Source of the DNA: Hemiscyllium ocellatum
Taxonomy: Eukaryota
DNA length: 64,000 bases
Reading direction: 5' to 3'
NCBI RefSeq assembly: GCF_020745735.1
Contig: NC_083418.1
Span: 48,439,776 to 48,503,775, forward strand
Numbering within the stretch: the stretch's first letter is position 1; every line of letters starts with the position of its first letter. The translations under genes and the position numbers were made by a program. Shown piece after piece: positions 1 through 12,508 of the stretch. The notes beneath the pieces are model-generated. The model saw only the letters and a list, made by a program, of their open reading frames with translations. It did not search any database and had not been told where the DNA came from.

Positions 1-476
1 ATCTTGGTGGCTAGTTTTCTGCCTGTATGTCCAATGTAGTGCTTTTTACAATTCTTGCACGGTATTTTGTAAATTTTATAACGAGATGACCCTCTTTCAC
101 TAGTATCCTTACATACAGATAAGGAAGGACATCCACTTCGGCTGGGACAACACATCCATCCTAGGACAAGCCAAACAGAAACACGCAAGAGAATTCTTAG
201 GAGCACTGCATTCCAACCGGAACTCTATCAACAATCACATTGACTTGGATCCCATTTACCTCCACCTGAGAAAAAGAACAGGAAATGAAATCACCATAGG
301 AAATGATGTCTCCACAGAAACTGACATCACCAACCCAAGAAAACCACACATATAAATAGAAAGCAGGAAATGCCAACAGTGCTTCGTCCGGAGGCTCACT
401 GAAGATGTTACCGTGTATGGTGACGAAACTTCTGAAAATAAATCTTCCAGCTCAGCGAGCAAACCTACATCCAAAA
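1..476. mobile_element. Penelope-like element (Poseidon-type) 3' fragment with an inverted 5' segment and pLTR
   Basis: 1-75 on the minus strand reads YKIPCKNCKKHYIGHTGRKLATK (GIY-YIG). From ~81 the plus strand reads DPLSLVSLHTDKEGH..WDNTSILGQAKQKHAREFL. Hammerhead-like CTGAAGA..GAAA at 399-428. Confidence 0.8.
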
Positions 477-489
477 TTATCTAGAATTA

Positions 490-696
490 ATAGCCTAGTA
501 ATGACCACTAAACATGGACAATTATCAGAAAAACACATCTGGTTTACTCATGTCCTTCAGCCATCCTTAGCTGGTCTGGCCTACATGTGACGTCAGACCC
601 ATAGCAATGTGGTTGACAGTTAACCTGGACATTTAGGGATTGGTAATAAATGCCTCTCCAGTGACACCTATAACCTGTGAACTAATAAAAACAAAA
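490..696 (+). mobile_element. SINE fragment, same family as 23030-23327
   Basis: Shares ctggtctggcc..atgtga..cagaccc..atgtggttgac and the tagggat..aataa tail with the 23 kb copy. Confidence 0.65.
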
Positions 697-947
697 GTTC
701 TTGTGTAATGTTCTCAATTCAACAATTGAAATTACTACCACCACCCAAGATATCTATGTACTTAAGAACATCTCGCCGTGGTGTCAGACAATGTAAAATG
801 TTATCTCTCAAGTTTGGGAGAAGATAGATTATAATTATAGTTCTGAACACCTCCAGCTAACGCTTCAAAGTTAATATGCCCACCATCGAAACTGAACGGA
901 AAATGCAAATGCAAGCCAAATTAGAAACAAACTAAAAGATAGTTTAC

Positions 948-1039
948 CTTAGAACTAATTTCATCATTTTTCCGCCTAAGTGTGACAAAAGATGCTATGG
1001 TTGATGACTGCTGTAGCCCTGAGTTAGATGATGACAATC
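948..1039 (-). CDS. PLEKHA7: PLEKHA7 coding exon (92 nt, phase 1-0); gene continues beyond the window start
   Basis: ttattcccag|...AAG|gtaaac; GLSSSNSGLQQSSTIASFVTLRRKNDEISSK (human recalled: GLSGSTSRLQQSSTIAPYVTLRR). Confidence 0.94.
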
Positions 1040-1800
1040 CTGGGAATAATAAGATGGAAATTAATGTTTCTGAAAATGACTTGCTCTGTAACTTTGTGCA
1101 AATAAAGAGGACTAAATAATACAAATACAGAGAACTATCCTGCCAAAATGTTGTAACAAAATTAATAGTTCAAAAACCACAGAACCCATGGTAGAATCAT
1201 GCAGATTGGGAACCACCTAGGCTCAACTGACAATCTTGAATGAGTTTGATGATCTCAGCTGGGTTACTTACTTACCAAAAGAGTATAATATCTCTCCAAA
1301 AGCAACACCCGTCATTTTAGACATTCTCCCATTAGGTCAAAAGTGCACAAGTCACATTTAGGGCATCCAACAATGAAAATGAAGTCAGTTGCACTTGACC
1401 ACATGCAGTTACTTTGTTAACCTAAGCACGTGTAATCAAAATCCATCTTCATTTCCTGCTCGTCAAAATGGCGAGGGGCCAGGATTTCGGATGGGTGTTC
1501 TGGATTCAGGCCTCCTGTATTATTTTCACTTGCACAAAAATTCAGTCAAATCTCACATGTGAATAATAACCATTTTGGCAAGACAGCCATAAGCAATTTG
1601 AGAGAGAGAAACCAAACATTAATGAGTCAGACCAAAATTCATGAAGGGACGAGTCCAGTTAACAACTATTTAAAGTCATTTTGTTAAAGTTTCTGGGTCA
1701 AGGAGTTTCCAACTGGACCTTCAAATTACAGAATGACATATTTAAGTTTAAATGGCCTTCCTTATTACGGATAAGAAATTCAGACACCAAAATAATAAGT

Positions 1801-1998
1801 TTGATAAAATGTGAGCTGGAAAGGCACAACAGGTGGTGACAGCAGGTCAGATAGCATCGGTCGAGCAGGGTCTTGAAGGGTCCTCACCCGAAATATTGAC
1901 TTTCTTGCTTCTCAGATGCTGTCTGACCTGCTGTCTCTTTCCAGCTCCACATTTTATTGACTCGGGACTTCCAGCGTCTGCAGTCAGTCCTTACTATC
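1801..1998. mobile_element. Short palindromic Penelope-pLTR-derived element, decayed hammerhead
   Basis: Arms gctggaaag..cagcaggtcagatagcatc and gatgctgtctgacctgctg..tttccagc; centre tgaagggtcctcacccgaaa. Confidence 0.75.
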
Positions 1999-2074
1999 AA
2001 AGTTAAGTAGCTAGGATACATTCTAATTCTTGCATATTGCATACGTTATTCATAAGAACCCAAGTTTTAAAACA

Positions 2075-2900
2075 TCATAAAGCATAAGAGAAGTAGGGCA
2101 AGTCTGAGATCATTTCTGATGTCATAATCCTCAACTCCATTTTACTGCTTTTTCCCCCATAACCCTAGATTCCCAAATTGGTCAAAAAAAAAACGTGACT
2201 ATTTCAGCTCAGAGTTTACTTAATGACCTAGCCTTTACCATTCTTTTCTGATAAAGATTTGCACAGATTTACTCTCCTTACAACAAATTCCTCATCTTCA
2301 TTCAACTGGGTGAGCCCTTCTTCAGATGATACCTTCTGATCCTAGGATCTCCCTCAAGAGGAAACAACTTGTCTAAATCTACCCTGTTGAGTCCCCCACC
2401 CTGTAAGAATCCTATATTTTTCAATAAGATCCCCTCTCACATTCTTCTAAACTCCATTGAGTACATGCCCAAATTGCACAAGCTCACCTCAGAAGATCCA
2501 GAACTCTATACCAGGATAATCCTAGTGAATCTTCTCTCTACTGATTCTAATGCCAGTATGTTTTTCTTAGATGAGGGGACCAAAACCGTACACAGTATTC
2601 CAGCTGTGGCCTAACTGGTTACAGTTTAAGTTATCCATTGTCTTTATCTCTTGTATTTTTCCTGTATTAATATGCCAACTTTTTTTTTATTTATGCATGA
2701 GGACTCCCAAGTCTATGTGCTGCAGCTTCCTGTAGCCTTTGCCCATTTAACTAACATTCAGTTTCTCTATTTTCCTGCCATTCCTCCCGCATTATTTTCC
2801 ACCTGCCATGGTCTTGCACCCTCACTTCAACTCTCACTTCATTGAGCTACATCCATTTGTAGACTCCTTGTGTCAACTTCACCACTTACCTTCTCACCAG
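2075..2900 (-). mobile_element. CR1-clade LINE 3' fragment (decayed)
   Basis: Reverse complement of the CR1 3' region seen at 13200-13800; many stops. Confidence 0.7.
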
Positions 2901-3827
2901 CATTCCCTTGACTTCTATTTCTGACTCCACAGGTCTCCAAGGTCTGCGTATGGCAGTGAATTCCAGAACCGAATGCCAATGCAGCGATTGGCATGCCATT
3001 GTTGATCACTGTGCATGGAACCTTGCAGCAGCTATGCACAAGCACAGCCATGCAGTTTAGAAGGACCATTGTTTCCCATTATTAATTATCACACCCGATA
3101 TGACACTTCACCCCACTGTAAGCAATTACATGGGTATCTTGCTATTGAATCCTTCTGAAATATTGCCCTGTGAAATTCATTCCTAAGGTCGCTTGGCATG
3201 TGCCAGGCATTGCTGTGATGGCATACTGAGGATCTAGGTCTGCCAATGTTACTTTGTGAACCCAGAAACTACTAGCAACTATGGTTGTGATATGAGCTGA
3301 TTTTACCTTTCCATTTTCACCTTGTGAAAAACCTGGGCTCTGGTCTGACTCTCACTGTAGCACAGAAGTGCAGACTTGTGCAATCATTGGTCGGCACTAC
3401 CTCCCCCACTACAACAGTTTTTCACATCTTATAATGCTACTCTTCAACAATACTTCAACTAGTTACGTACATTGCGAGCTGAGGAACGGAAAGCAGGAAA
3501 ATTACATTTAATCTTCAGTCTATTTGCAGGAAACTGCTCTCAGCTAAGCAGCAGCAGAATACTATAACCTTAGAACCATCTTATAGAACCAACTGGCCTG
3601 AGAACCAGCCTTTAAGAGTTCATATGATATTAGTCGCAGTCAGACAGACTGTTGATTCCCAACAATCTGGGAGAAGATATGCTGGGCTGCCTTCTTGAAT
3701 CAGTCTAGTTTGTTTCCCACACAGAGGAGATCCAAGATTTACGCCTAATAACAATGAAGGAACATGACATAATCACAACTCAGGATGGTGAGTGGATTGG
3801 AGGGGAGCTTGCAGATGCATCTGCTGC

Positions 3828-4430
3828 CATAGAGTCAGAGAGATGTATAGCACAGAAATAGATCCTTTGGTCCAACTTGCCCATGCTGACCAGATATCCT
3901 AACTTAATCTAGTCTCATTTGCCAGTACTTGGCCTATATCCCTCTAAACATTTCCTATTCATATAAACATCCAGACGCCTTCTAAATGTTGTAATTGTAC
4001 CAGCCTCCACAACTTCCTCTGGCAGCTCATTCCAAACATGCACCATCCTCTGCATGAAAAATTTGCCCCTTAGGACCCTTTTAAAATCTTTCCCCTCTCA
4101 CCCTAAACCTATGCCCTCTAGTTCTGGACTCCCCCATTCTAGGGAAAAGACCTTGACATTTACCCTATTTTACTAACCTCTATAAGGTCACCCCTCAGCC
4201 TTCGATGCTCTAAGAAAAAGAGACCCTGCCAATCAGCCTCGCCTTATAACTCAAGCCCTCCAACCCTAGCAGCATCCTTGTAAATCTTTTTGAACTATTT
4301 CAAGTTTCACAAGATCCTTCCGATAGGAGGGAGACCAGAATTGTACACAATATTCCAAAAGTGGCCTAACCAATGACCTCCCAACTCCTATACTCAATGA
4401 TCTGACCAATAAAAGAAAGCATGCCAAACA
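3828..4430 (-). mobile_element. HER1/CR1 LINE 3' fragment nested in an older LINE remnant (~3640-4890)
   Basis: Starts with the reverse complement of the ...gtgctatacatctctctgactctat tail; colinear with 36792-37440. Confidence 0.85.
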
Positions 4431-5074
4431 TCATCTTGGTGGACAACATCAGAGTCACACATTTGGAAGGTGCCGTCAAAGGAACCTTGATGAATTATTG
4501 AACAGCATCTCATCAACAGCACACACTGCTGACACACTATGTTGGTGGAAGCAACTGTTGACGTGGTGAATGGGATGCCAATCAAAGGGTTGCTTTATCT
4601 TGGATGGTGTTAAGCTTCTTTAGTGCTGTTTGAGCTATATTTATCCAGGCAAAAATGGCGATAATTCCATTAAACCCTGACTTTTGCCTTATAGATGGTG
4701 AACAGAAACTAGAGGGATCAGCAGGGGAGTTACTGCAATTCCTAGCCTCTGACATGCCCTTGCAGTCACAGTATTTATATGATTGGTCCAGTTAAGTTTC
4801 TGGTCAATTGAAGGCTCCAGGATGTTGACAGTAGAGAACTTAGCATTGGTAATGTCACTGAACATTAAGGGTAGATAGTTGGATACTCTGTCTGGCTGAG
4901 ATTACTTTTGATGTAGAATAGGCTTTCAACACCTACTGTTTGCTCTCACATGTGCACAAACACACTGGCATTGGAAGGCACATGTTAAAGCAAAGCTATG
5001 CAAGAAACAAAATCCCTCAACTGTGGAGAAACATGAACAGGAGAAGTAAATTTCTTGACTATTTATAAACAGAA

Positions 5075-6960
5075 AATAGTAAGCTAATTGGCTCTTCTAA
5101 CCTGCTCAGCTGATCATCTAACTTAGCCGCTTGTCTCTGCTATTTCTCATACCCTTTACTCCCTTTCATTCTAAGAATTATATCTAGCCCCTGCTTGAAA
5201 ACATTAACCTCAATAACCTTCTGCAGCGGAGAATTCCACAGGCTCACTTCTCCTCGATTAAGTCCTAAATAGCCTACCCTGTATCATTAGACTATAACGC
5301 TTGGTTCCAGACTCCCCAGTCATTGGGAACATCCTCCTTGCACTTACCCTGCCTAGTTATATTAGAACTTAATAGGCTTTTATGAAATCCACCCAACACC
5401 TCATTCTTCTACACTCCAGTGAATCTAGTCTTAACCAGAAAAACAAAAATAAAAACTGGGTGCTGGAATTCAGAAATAAAATAGGACATGCTGGAAATAC
5501 TGAGCAGGTTTGGCAGCATCTGTGGAGAGAAACCAGAGTTCAATGTTTCAGGTCCAGTGACCCTTCTTTGGAACGGACAGTAGTTAGGGAAAGGTTAGTT
5601 TTTATGGAGAAGATATGATGGGGGTAAATGAGATGAGGCCAACTTCAGCAAGGGGACTTCCAAAATATCCATCTTCTCCTTCCATCAAGGATTCCCCACA
5701 CCATAGTTGACAGGGCCCTCAGCTGGATCCAACTCATCTACCGCACTTCAGCCTTCACCCCGCTGTCCCCTCCCACAACAGCAATTGACCCTTGTCCTTG
5801 CCTATTATCCCAGCAGCATCCACATCCAGAGGATCATTAGTCATCACCTACAGTGGAATGCCACCACCAGACACATACCTCCCTCCGTTCCCTCTGGCAC
5901 ACCCTGGTTCATTCCTCCTTCACTCTCAACATCCCCCCCACTGCACCTTTTCCTGCAACTGTAGAAGGTGTAACCTGTGCCTATTGAACTCCTCCCCCCT
6001 CAGTATCCAAGAGCTCAAACACACTTTCCAGATGAAGTAGAACTTTACCTGCACTTCATTCAATCTAGGTGACTGCATTCACTGCTTACAATGTGGTCTC
6101 CTCTACATTGGGGAAATGAAACATAGACTGGGTGACTGTTTCGCAGAACGTCTGCGTTCTGTCCTCGAGAAAGACTCTGAGTTTCCAGTTGCTTGCCACT
6201 TCACTACATCACCTTGGCCCTTGGCTAATGTGTCTGTCTCAGGCTAGCTGCAGTCTCCAGCGAAGCTCAGCACAAGCTAGAAGAACAGCACCTCATTTTC
6301 CATTTGGGAACTCAACAGACTTCTGGATTCAATATGGTGTTTAACAATTTTTGGGCTTGAAGCACCTTCTTTCACATGTTTATCCCAACCTCCTCATACA
6401 AGACCTTGAGATCACTTGGTCTACTATGAGACACAACCTATTGTTAGGTACCAGTTGTCCCCATTAGCAGCTATTCATTCTCCTAAACTGACCATTATCC
6501 ATTCCTTTGTCTGTCCAACTGTTTCTTTTTCCTCTCTTTGGGCTTTATCTCCACTTATCATTTACTCCTTATCCCCGCCTGACACCCTATTTTCTGCATG
6601 AAAACAAACCTTTTCCTAGCTAACATCAGTTCTGAAGAAGGGTCACTGGACCTGAAACATTTACTCTGATTTCTCTCCACAGATGCAACCAAACCTGCAG
6701 AAATTTCCAGCTATTTATGTTTTCTTTATAGTCATAACTGACGCACTCTCTCTTTATTTTTCAGTTCTCCCATCCCAGGAAAGAGTCTAGTAAAGCTTTA
6801 TTGCGATGCCTCCATGAACAGAGCATCGTTCATTAGATGAAGAGACACAATACTCCAGGTATGGTCTCAGCAAGGCTCTGCAAAATTACAGCAACACATC
6901 TTTGCTTCCGTGCTTAAATCCCCTTGCTATGAAGGCCAACGTAACATTTGCTTTCTTCAC
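5075..6960 (-). mobile_element. CR1 LINE 3' fragment, split by a Penelope insertion (5437-6728)
   Basis: CR1-like sequence at 5075-5436 resumes at 6729-6960. Confidence 0.65.
5437..6728 (+). mobile_element. Penelope-like element (Neptune-type), 5'-truncated, with an inverted upstream pLTR
   Basis: Decayed ORF with Cys linker FSCNCRRCNLC and GIY-YIG FTCTSFNL..CIHCLQCGLLYIGEMKHRLGDCFAE. The pLTR at ~6590-6727 is inverted at ~5460-5615. Hammerhead core 6632-6657. TSD-like tagtc(t/a)taac at 5426-5435 and 6729-6738. Confidence 0.85.
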
Positions 6961-6999
6961 TGCCTGCTGAATTTACTAAGTGTCCAAACATTACTATAC

Positions 7000-7117
7000 C
7001 TTTACCAGGCAGTGTCTGCAAACCATTGTCTAGGCCAAAGGCTCCAGCTGTGGACCTGTTGAGGCCATTCCCAAGTGATATGAGTTCAGGTTCACTCATG
7101 TAAGTACGCAGTTCAGC
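7000..7117 (-). CDS. PLEKHA7: PLEKHA7 coding exon (118 nt, phase 0-1)
   Basis: tttgtttcag|...AAAG|gtatag; AELRTYMSEPELISLGNGLNRSTAGAFGLDNGLQTLPGK. Confidence 0.93.
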
Positions 7118-7889
7118 CTGAAACAAAGTAATAAATTTAACATGTCAGAATTGAGGCAGAGTTTGTCCACAATCATTTTTACTATAAACAGATTATAAAT
7201 GATATTAATAATCAGTTGACAGATGACATCCAAATAGATCCTTTTACACAATCCGTAATACTATTTGATTAATCTGTAAAATGGACCAGTTAAACAGATC
7301 TCGAGTAACTGGTTACTAAATTGATCGCAAATCAATGATCCTACTGGCAGCAATTTAGCATTTCAGCCGGGAAACATGCTCCAGGGAGGTGACTTTATAC
7401 ATAGGAAAGTTAAATGAAGGGAAGAAATAATATGGAATATTACTCTAAATCAAGCTGCAGGAAGGGAAACAAAATTTAGCTGTTTAGAAAGCAAAATGGA
7501 TGGTCAGGAAGGTTTGCAAAACAAGAAGAGTAAACAACACGTGAAATGACTTCCAGACAACGCATTGGAATTGAAAAGCCTGAGCCATTTCATGAACAGC
7601 TAGATGCAGAAGTGGCAGAATGTTAGGGCTGTTTTAGAAGAATGAATGCACAAGGGTCACATTGCATTTCTGATCCATAATTGCTTTGCAAAGTGCGAAA
7701 ACTACACTCTCTTCAAACAACCAAATTTCGTTTTGAATTGGCTAAATTTTTAAAACTCTGTCTTGTACACGCAGATTGTTTAAAAAAGCCATTGAGGAAA
7801 ATAAAACTTTGGTTTTCACCATATACCTTCATAGAATGCTAATAGTTATCCTCCTGCTATCAGTGGAAAGTTTCACTTCATTTGCTTAC

Positions 7890-8081
7890 TTTGTAATCTC
7901 CATTCAAGTATTGGCCAAACTCCCGGTCTCTCTTCCTTTCATCAGATTGGCGTTTCAGTCCCCTGACTGATGTATGCCTGATGACTGTAGCATCTTTTGG
8001 AAGAGGTGGCACGGCTGGTGGTTCATCATCAGGGCTATACATGTGAGGGAGAGGTGGTCGAGGTGGAGCTTGATCCTCTAG
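7890..8081 (-). CDS. PLEKHA7: PLEKHA7 coding exon (192 nt)
   Basis: ttcctcatag|...AAA|gtaagc; LEDQAPPRPPLPHMYSPDDEPPAVPPLPKDATVIRHTSVRGLKRQSDERKRDREFGQYLNGDYK. Not listed in the ORF track. Confidence 0.96.
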
Positions 8082-8364
8082 CTATGAGGAATATTTAATA
8101 AGATTTTTATTTTTAAATCTGTTGGCATATACATCCCTGTACATTGATTTAAGCCAACCACAAGGATATCATAACTCGGGACTCTTGAGTCATTGAACAA
8201 GATTAGATAACCAGAAGTAACAATAATTATCAAAACTATGAAGGCTGCAACAAGAATTGATTGAAACAAATTAATGAATTCAAGAACATTCAAGATAATT
8301 TAAGATTAAGGAGGGATTTCAAACAGAGCAATGATACACCAATTGTAAACATGAAATACGTCTC

Positions 8365-8557
8365 AAAGAATTGTGGATACTGGAAATCAGAAACTAAAAC
8401 AGAAATTGCTGGGAAAACTCAGCTCTGGCAGCATTTGTGAAGAGTAAGCAGAATCAATGTTTCAAATCTAAAAAAAGGGTCACTTGACTCAAAACGTTAA
8501 CTTGGTATTCATCTCCACAGATGCTGCCAGTTTTTTCAGCAATTTCCATTGTTGTTT
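8365..8557. mobile_element. Short palindromic pLTR-derived element with 14-bp TSD
   Basis: TSD atgaaata(c/t)gtctc at 8351-8364 and 8558-8571; arms ggcagcat and atgctgcc; decayed core gggtcacttgactcaaaacgtt of the same subfamily as the 6632 pLTR. Confidence 0.8.
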
Positions 8558-8847
8558 ATGAAATATGTCTCCACGTAAAGCAATTACAACAGTCAGAACA
8601 AATGAGTTTCAAGAAATACAGTATCCCTCAGTAAAGCGACAATTGAAAGAAGTGATGAAAAATTGACATTGAGATCTAATTGGATTAAATGGCCATTTTC
8701 TGTTCTGAAAACATGAAAGCTCAAGACTTTGACAAGCATGTTTGAAGCTTGACCAGAAAATTCTGATTAACAGGATTCATGCAAGAATCTTGCTGTATTA
8801 TTTTAATATTATTATTCTAGCCTTAGCAGATTTATGGAGAGACTTAC

Positions 8848-9071
8848 CACCGTTAGATGTTGTCTGAACTGAGGCAGAGGTTGAGGTTTGAATGGTGGCA
8901 GATTAACAGGCTGTTGTTGAGGTTGAAATTGTGTTTCCACAGGCTCTGGAGGTGACAGCACTGGACTCACTGAGGGACTCAGCTGCATACTAGTTCGCCC
9001 CTCTTTCACTGAGAATGTATTCATTACTGAAGGCACCATCGAGGAAGGCACTGAAGGCATGGTTTCTCTTT
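8848..9071 (-). CDS. PLEKHA7: PLEKHA7 coding exon (224 nt, phase 1-0), proline-rich region
   Basis: ctttctgcatag|...GTG|gtaagt; ERETMPSVPSSMVPS...SPSVSPVLSPPEP...PQFRQHLTV. Phases fit both neighbouring exons. Confidence 0.88.
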
Positions 9072-9440
9072 CTATGCAGAAAGAATGATTAAATTCTTAA
9101 TCTCAAATTAGTACAGAAGCAACTTTAATATGAGTTTAACTTTTACATTTCGTGGATTTTATTATATTTGGGCCATTTCCTGAAAATGTTAAACCAAAAC
9201 ATTTATACAGTGTGTTTAAGTTAGCAGAATGTCCCATGGTGGACTTAGGAGATTTATCAAACAAAAAACTGAACACCAAGCCAGATGAGTTGACATGAAG
9301 ACAAATGAGGAGGTAGATATTAAGAATTTCTTTTGGAGGGGTTTGGTGAGGGGAGGAGAAATAAAGAGGATTATGGGATAATATCAGATCTTAGGGCCTA
9401 AGATATTGCACATACAGCCTTGAAGGTAAAACAATGAAAA

Positions 9441-9518
9441 TTATGCCCGAAACGTCGAATTTCCTGTTTCTTGGATGCTGCCTGACCTGCTGCACTTTTC
9501 CAGTAACACATTTTTAGC
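9441..9518 (+). mobile_element. Single-arm fragment of the pLTR/hammerhead mini-element
   Basis: ttatgcccgaaacgtcgaatttcctgtttcttggatgctgcctgacctgctg, nearly identical to the start of the right arm of the 57 kb copy (from 57120). Confidence 0.8.
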
Positions 9519-10508
9519 AGATATCAGGGCCATCAGGCTGGACGTGGGTATGGAAATGGAAGGACCATGAATAAAGAAAATATGAAATTTGTAGAATTGA
9601 AACAATACCAGACTAAGAACTAATGCAGGTCAATCTGCAGAAGGATGAGCCCAACACACAAGCGCAATACCTGAACTGTCCTTCCTAAATAAAAGTTTTT
9701 GCAAGAGAGCATACCTTCACAATTTGCTCACTTTGTTTGAAACCACAACCTCCTGAATGAAAGTACCTGTGTTCAGCACTTCAGTAGCAGGTCAAATTGG
9801 AACCTGATGGGGATCCAGTTCAAGGGACACTGTCATCCATTTTTGCATAGAAGCGAGCTGTGCAGGTGGTACTATGCTGGATCCAGTGTCCTTGGTGAAT
9901 TAGACAAATATGGCTGGAGAGACGGCTCTTAACTAATTGGGGATGGGGCGGAGGAGGGAAATGTAGATTTACAAAGCGAAAGGAAATAACCTTTCAGGGC
10001 ATGTATTTGGATAACAATACCAAGAATTGGAGATGAAGGGATAGAGTATACAAAGTTGGGAAAAATGCAACAAATGGGTCAATGGGGGAGGAGACATTGT
10101 GGAATTATTCAGTTCTTCACATCTGCAGTATTTGGAATGAAATAAATGAATTAATGGCACAAATCAAAGTTAATGGTTATGGTATTATAGCCAAAGTGGA
10201 GATATGGCTACGAAGAGATCAAAGCTAATTGAAATATTTAGGGGTATATAACTTTGAAAGGATGAGCAGGGAGAAAAGGAGGGTGAAGCAATTGCGTTAG
10301 TATGGGATGGGATAAATACAACAGCAAGAAATGATCTTGGATCTGAAGATGGGCAGAGGCAAGAAATAACAAGGGTAAATTACACTGTATGGAGTTGTTT
10401 ACAGTCCCCTTCACAATAGTTACATGGCAGCAGAGAATAAATCAGGAGATAATAAGGACTTGAATAAAGGACGGTCCATGCATCGTGGCTGACTTTAACT
10501 TTCATACA

Positions 10509-10682
10509 CAGAGGAACCTCGATTATCCGGCATTCAACTATCCGAATATCAGATTATCCGACAAGATCGCGAGGTCCTGATGCTTGGCTAAACAATATTA
10601 CCCTGCATTTAACTATCCAGAATTCAATTAACTGAATTAAATACTCCCCACCCGTGTCCTTTGGATAATCAAGGATCCTCTG
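10509..10682. mobile_element. Tc1/pogo(Tigger)-type MITE
   Basis: TIRs cagaggaacctcgattatcc and ggataatcaaggatcctctg. Right TSD is TA; the left copy reads CA. Confidence 0.8.
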
Positions 10683-11121
10683 TAAATTGGGAAAATGATG
10701 GAGATAGCCACAACAAAGAATTCATACAAGCTACCTTCCCAGAACAACATATTGAGAATCTAGCTAGTGATCAAGCTGCTTTGGATCTGATGGTGTGAAA
10801 TGAAGCAGGTTTAATAAATGATCTGAGTGCAACATCACTTAGAAAACAGTGACTATGACACAGGAGCATTTAGCATTCAGTCTGAGGGGGAGAAACTTGG
10901 GTCAGGAAAAAAGAATTGTCCTAAACTTAAAGAATAGTAATTACAATGAAATGATGGCGGAACTTAACTGGATTGGACTGTGAAAAGAGGCAAAGGCTTC
11001 TCAGGAACAATGGCATATGTTTAAGAAAATAGTTCAAGGCTCAAAGCAAAAACATATCCCAGTGCGAAAGGAGGATTCTCAGTCTGGAATATGCCAATCA
11101 GGCCATAGAAGTTTAGGATAG

Positions 11122-11796
11122 TGTGATGAGACTGTGCCTTTTAAGTTCCATGCTGTTTCTCTTGCAGAGAAGTTTTGCATGGTGTTGTTGGAATGTTTCC
11201 TTCAGACAAGCAGTTGGTAAGTAGCTTCTGAGTTCTCCCTTTTTGTTTTTTTAAATCTAGACACAGAAGAGTCATGAGTGGGTAGGGTCAGGACACACAC
11301 AGACCTATAAAGGCTTTTGGTTTTGCTTTCAGTTCGTTAGAAGGTTGCTCACTGATTGCTGAAATAAAAAGTCAAGGTCCCAGCTGCTAGAGTCTTCGAC
11401 AGCGTGGCTTCCTCTTAAAAACCAAAAAGGACAGACTCTTTTTGCCTTCTGTACTGGAGAGAGACAGCCCGAGAGCCATAACTGTTTTACTAAATTGAAT
11501 TTTTCCCAAAGGGTGCATTCATGGAATTCTAATGATATGGAAACAGTTGATGATTAGTGGTTAAATAACACTGTATCTTGTTTAGTATTTCAACAGAGTT
11601 GAAGATATGTCAACTTATCTTCTTTGTTTGCTTTTAACTGCGTTGTAATAGTGAGTTTTGACTAAAGCCTAGTGGTGGACCAATCGAATCACGTCTAGAA
11701 CATAGCACCTTACACTTACCTTTAAGGAAATATACAAGTTAGGGTCTAGGCTACCTCCTTACAATATTTTGATGGTGTCTGGACTGGTCCATAAGA
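11122..11796. mobile_element. Solo LTR with 4-bp TSD
   Basis: Starts TGTGATG and ends ccataaga (CA end mutated); ATAG duplicated at 11118-11121 and 11797-11800; the CR1 sequence rejoins across it. Confidence 0.75.
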
Positions 11797-12377
11797 ATAG
11801 CGTCAAATTAAAAGCAAAAACATACAATGTAGCAAAGATTAGTAGCAAGACAAAGGATGAGCATAGTTTAAAAAAAAATCAAAAGATGACCAATAAACTT
11901 TGAGGCTAAATGTGCAAATAATATTAGCATGAGACTCGTTAAATCTATAAAAAGGAAGAGGGGGGCCCCAAGTGAACACAAGACCCTTTGAGATCATCGC
12001 TGGGGAAATAATGGGGGGAAAGAGGAAATGGCAGAAGAGTTGAATAAATGGTTTACATCAGTTTTCTATAGATATTAACAGCATTTGAAAGTTACAAAAT
12101 AATCAAGGGGCAAAAGGGGGATGAGTAAATGAATACAATAACTATCATGAGAGAAAAAGTCCTAGGGAAACTAAAAGCTGATAGGTCCTCTAAACTTGAT
12201 GGGATGCACCCTAGGATTTTAACAGGAAATAGCTACTTAGATAGTGGATGCACTAGCAGCAACCTTGCAAGAGCTCTTAGATTTTGGAAAAGTGCAGAAG
12301 AATCAGAAAACTGCCAATTTAACATTTGTATTCAAAAAGAAGAAACAATAAATACAGAATAACAGGCAAGTTAGCTT

Positions 12378-12508
12378 GTAAAGGGGATAAAGGGATTATG
12401 GGTAAAAGCAGGAGAATGGAGTTGAGAAATGTATTAGCCATGATTGAATGGCAGAACAGACTAAATGGGCTGAACGGCCTAATTTCTGCTCCTGTCTCTT
12501 ATGGTCTT
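12378..12508 (+). mobile_element. Short CR1 3'-tail fragment nested in the long CR1
   Basis: gggattatggg..agccatgattgaatggc..cctaatttctgctcctgtctcttatggtctt interrupts gttagctt|acatcggtt. Confidence 0.75.
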
